Positions 61,500 to 64,000 of a stretch of 64,000 nt of DNA are shown here, one piece after another (position 1 is the stretch's first letter; every line of letters starts with the position of its first letter). The notes beneath the pieces were generated by a model. The model was not told where the DNA came from, did not search any database, and was given only the letters and a program-made list of their open reading frames with translations. The translations under genes and the position numbers were made by a program. The stretch covers positions 4,611 to 68,610 of the forward strand of contig DATAGU010000153.1 in assembly GCA_036263495.1 (NCBI GenBank). Reading direction: 5' to 3'. The stretch is from Polyangia bacterium (GTDB lineage Bacteria > Myxococcota_A > Polyangia > Palsa-1104 > SHYY01).

Positions 61500-61931
61500 C
61501 GAGACGCCGTAGGCTCTCCTATCTTCTCCCAGGCGAACGCCCGAGTCGGGGTTCGTGAGCGCCTCGATCGGACCCGGGCGCCAAGGAGCGTCGGCCTCTA
61601 CGAGGAGCGGCAGCACCGGGATGCTGGCAGCACGGGCGGCATCCACCTCGAAAGGGATCCTGTCTGAGTTCGCGGAAACCACGCCAGGCGAGATCCAGCG
61701 CGCCAGTGCCGTGATCGTTGCTGATGTTCGGTTTGATCAGCGGCGAGCCGGCGCCCGGGCTGCGCTCGCACAAGAGGACCGAGAGGTTGAAGGAGGCGAG
61801 CCGGACGGCGGCTCGGCCAGGGCGGGCATGCTCGCAGCAAGGCATCTAAGGATCACGATCACGAGCCAGCGCCAGCCGAGAGGAGAACCGCCGCGTGCGC
61901 GGGAAAGGGTCCGCCAACGTCGCCAGGCCAT
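61500..61931 (-). pseudogene. Frameshifted and internally deleted N-terminal remnant of the AHH-toxin gene family, with its conserved leader
   Basis: ORF 61737..61931 gives MAWRRWRTLSRARGGSPLGWRWLVIVILRCLAASMPALAEPP (toxin signal peptide). The shifted frame 61519..61845 contains ASFNLSVLLCERSPGAGSPLIKPNISNDHGTGALDLAWRGFRELRQDPF, which matches toxin residues ~125-175. About 230 bp are missing relative to the 28.7-28.9 kb region. Confidence 0.6.
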
Positions 61932-61977
61932 GCTTCACCTCCATGCGATGGTCAGGAGAGCGAGAGTCTTCTCTGGA

Positions 61978-62859
61978 TCAATCCTGGCTGTCGTCCAGGG
62001 GGCGTCCCAGCGCCTGCGGTGCGGCGGCGGCCCGCGGGCGCAGGATGAGGGCGATGAGGGTGGCGATGTAGGGGATGGCCTGCACCGTGCCGGGCGCCAG
62101 AAGATGAAGCCCTCCGGCCGAGGACTGGAGCTGCAGCTCGATGGCCTCGGCGCCGGCAAACAGGAGGCAGCCCAGGGCGGCTCCGAACGGCCGCCAGCCG
62201 CCGAGGATCATGGCGGCCAGCGCCACGTAGCCTCGCCCGGCCGACATGCCGGCCACGAACTGGTGCTGATCAAAGGCCAGCCACACCCCGCCCAGGCCGG
62301 CCAGCGCGCCGGAGGCGAGCACGCCTTGCCAGCGCAGGGGCGCCACCGCGATCCCTTGCGCGCGGGCGGCCTCGGGGTGCTCGCCCGCGGTGCGCAGGCG
62401 CAGGCCGAGGCGCGTGTGATGGAGGAGCCCATGAACCAGGAGGAGCGCGACCAGGGCCGAGGCGCCGAGCGGGAGGCTCGACCCGAGCGCCGGGATGCGG
62501 GGCGAGTTCGACGCGGAGTGATAGATGAGCTTGAGGAAGAACCGCGTGAGCCCCGAGGCGAGCAGGGTGACGGCCACGCCGCAGACGATCTGATCGGCGC
62601 GCAGCCGGATCACCGCCATTCCATAGATCGCGGCCAACGCCACGCCGGCCGCCATCCCGCCGGCGATGCCAAAGAGCGCGCTCGTGCTCTCCCGCGCGAT
62701 CACCGCGCCCACGAACGCGCCGACCAGGAGCAGGCCTTCGAGCGCGATGTTGATGACGCCGGACCGCTCGCACAGGAGGCCCCCCAGGGCCGCGAGGAGG
62801 TAGGGCACGGAGATGCGCAGCGTCTGCACGAGCAGACCGGCGAGGAAGGCGACGCTCAT
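61978..62859 (-). CDS. ABC transporter permease (BPD_transp_2 / nucleoside-sugar-BMP type)
   Basis: 8-10 TM helices; the stop overlaps the upstream permease's start by 4 nt. Confidence 0.8.
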   Translation of the reverse strand: MSVAFLAGLLVQTLRISVPYLLAALGGLLCERSGVINIALEGLLLVGAFVGAVIARESTSALFGIAGGMAAGVALAAIYGMAVIRLRADQIVCGVAVTLLASGLTRFFLKLIYHSASNSPRIPALGSSLPLGASALVALLLVHGLLHHTRLGLRLRTAGEHPEAARAQGIAVAPLRWQGVLASGALAGLGGVWLAFDQHQFVAGMSAGRGYVALAAMILGGWRPFGAALGCLLFAGAEAIELQLQSSAGGLHLLAPGTVQAIPYIATLIALILRPRAAAAPQALGRPLDDSQD

Positions 62860-63950
62860 GGTCCGTTCCCCTGGGGATTCGAGCCGGTCCCGGTCGTGGC
62901 CAACACGCGCCGCAGCTCCCCCGAGGCCACCGCCGCGGCCGCGGCCACGGCGAGGATGATCACGCCCTCCAGCACGTCGACGATCTCCTTGGGCAGGACG
63001 GCGTTCACGGCCAGGCCCCCCTGCGACAACGTGCCGAACAAGAGCGCCGCCAGCACGATGCCCGCCGGATGGCTCCGCCCCACGAGCGCCACGGCGATGC
63101 CCATGAAGCCGATGCCGCCCGAGAACCCTTCCTCATAGTAGTGCTTGTAGCCGAGCACGGCGTTGGCCCCGACCAGGCCCGAGAGGCCCCCGGCCAGCCC
63201 GAGCGCCAGGATCATCTGCCGCCCCACGGGGATGCCGGCGGCCTCGGCGGCCGGGGCGCCCTGACCCACCGCGCGCAGGCGAAAGCCGGGCGCCGTGCGG
63301 GCCAGCAGCCACCAGAGGACGAGCGCGCTCCCGAGCGCCACCAGGAGCGCGCCGTTGAGCGCCGAGCCCCGCAGCGCCGCGGCACCGGCGAGAGGCAGAT
63401 CGCTCGCCCGGCCGAGCGCCGCCGCGGGCACGATCGGCGGCGTGTGCACCGATTCCCGCAGGTAGAACACCTTGCCCACGTCGGACAGCTTGGCGAGGAT
63501 GATGAAGTTGAGCATGATCGTGACGATCACCTCGTGCGCGCCGCGCCAGGCCTTGAGCGCGCCGGCCAGCGCGCCGGCCGCCGCGCCGCCGAGGAAGCCG
63601 GCCCCGAGGCAGCACGCGATCGCCAGCGGCCCCGGGGTCGCGGGCGGCAGGTAGGTCCCCACCAGGCCCATGGCGAACGCGCCCAGCGCGAGCTGCCCCT
63701 CGGCCCCCACGTTGAGCAGGCCGGCCTCGAGCGCCACGGCCACCGACAGGCCGGTCAGGATGAGCGGCGTGGCCTTGAACAGCACCTGCCCGATCCCGTA
63801 GGGGCTGGTCCAGGTGCCGGCCAGGAACAGCCGATAGACCTCGAGGGGCGAGCCGCCATAGGCCAGGATCAGGAGATCGGCGCACACGAGCGCCACGAGC
63901 AGCCCGGCGAGCGGCGGCAAGAGCCACCACAGAGCGCCGCTCACACGCAT
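62856..63950 (-). CDS. ABC transporter permease (partner subunit)
   Basis: Multi-TM protein. An upstream ATPase is expected beyond the window. Confidence 0.8.
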   Translation of the reverse strand: MRVSGALWWLLPPLAGLLVALVCADLLILAYGGSPLEVYRLFLAGTWTSPYGIGQVLFKATPLILTGLSVAVALEAGLLNVGAEGQLALGAFAMGLVGTYLPPATPGPLAIACCLGAGFLGGAAAGALAGALKAWRGAHEVIVTIMLNFIILAKLSDVGKVFYLRESVHTPPIVPAAALGRASDLPLAGAAALRGSALNGALLVALGSALVLWWLLARTAPGFRLRAVGQGAPAAEAAGIPVGRQMILALGLAGGLSGLVGANAVLGYKHYYEEGFSGGIGFMGIAVALVGRSHPAGIVLAALLFGTLSQGGLAVNAVLPKEIVDVLEGVIILAVAAAAAVASGELRRVLATTGTGSNPQGNGP

Positions 63951-64000
63951 TGATCCGCTCCGGTCCTTCGGCCCTCGCTCACCGCGGGCCTTGCCCGCAT

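Overview
This is a ~70% GC window, most consistent with a myxobacterial (Myxococcota) chromosome. Many predicted products carry lipoprotein signal peptides and every frame is open, so most overlapping six-frame ORFs are GC artefacts. Five things stand out. (1) A dispersed starch/glycogen/trehalose utilisation locus of secreted or lipoprotein GH13 enzymes: partial treZ at the left edge, an isoamylase, an alpha-amylase with a CBM20 domain, a pullulanase, three further alpha-amylase-family lipoproteins, a CBM48-like lipoprotein and a predicted outer-membrane beta-barrel. (2) Housekeeping and regulatory genes: valS, nadE, M50 and S41 peptidases, a rhomboid, a NUDIX hydrolase, TetR and Crp regulators, an FHA-GAF-HD-GYP protein, a large STAND-type Ser/Thr kinase and ABC permeases. 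(3) A polymorphic-toxin-like island (26.9-29.5 kb): a secreted protein with a C-terminal AHH (HNH/EndoVII-fold) nuclease domain, translationally coupled (ATGA) to a putative immunity gene. A conserved ~75-nt leader plus the first toxin codons occurs three times in the window (once fused in front of a GNAT gene). Degenerate toxin and immunity fragments lie at 59.4-61.9 kb next to a lectin-like tandem-repeat protein and a non-secreted GH18-like protein. (4) Two related 21-bp tandem arrays (29.17-29.47 kb and 47.27-47.60 kb) with embedded palindromes. (5) A small, strongly Shine-Dalgarno-preceded ORF (13988-14143) whose product has a near-canonical ELxxVxGA double-glycine leader and a Cys/Thr/Gly-rich tail, downstream of an AT-rich island and an array of CCCGC-N-GCGGG palindromes. 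All calls are from sequence reading and motif recognition only; no database search was run.
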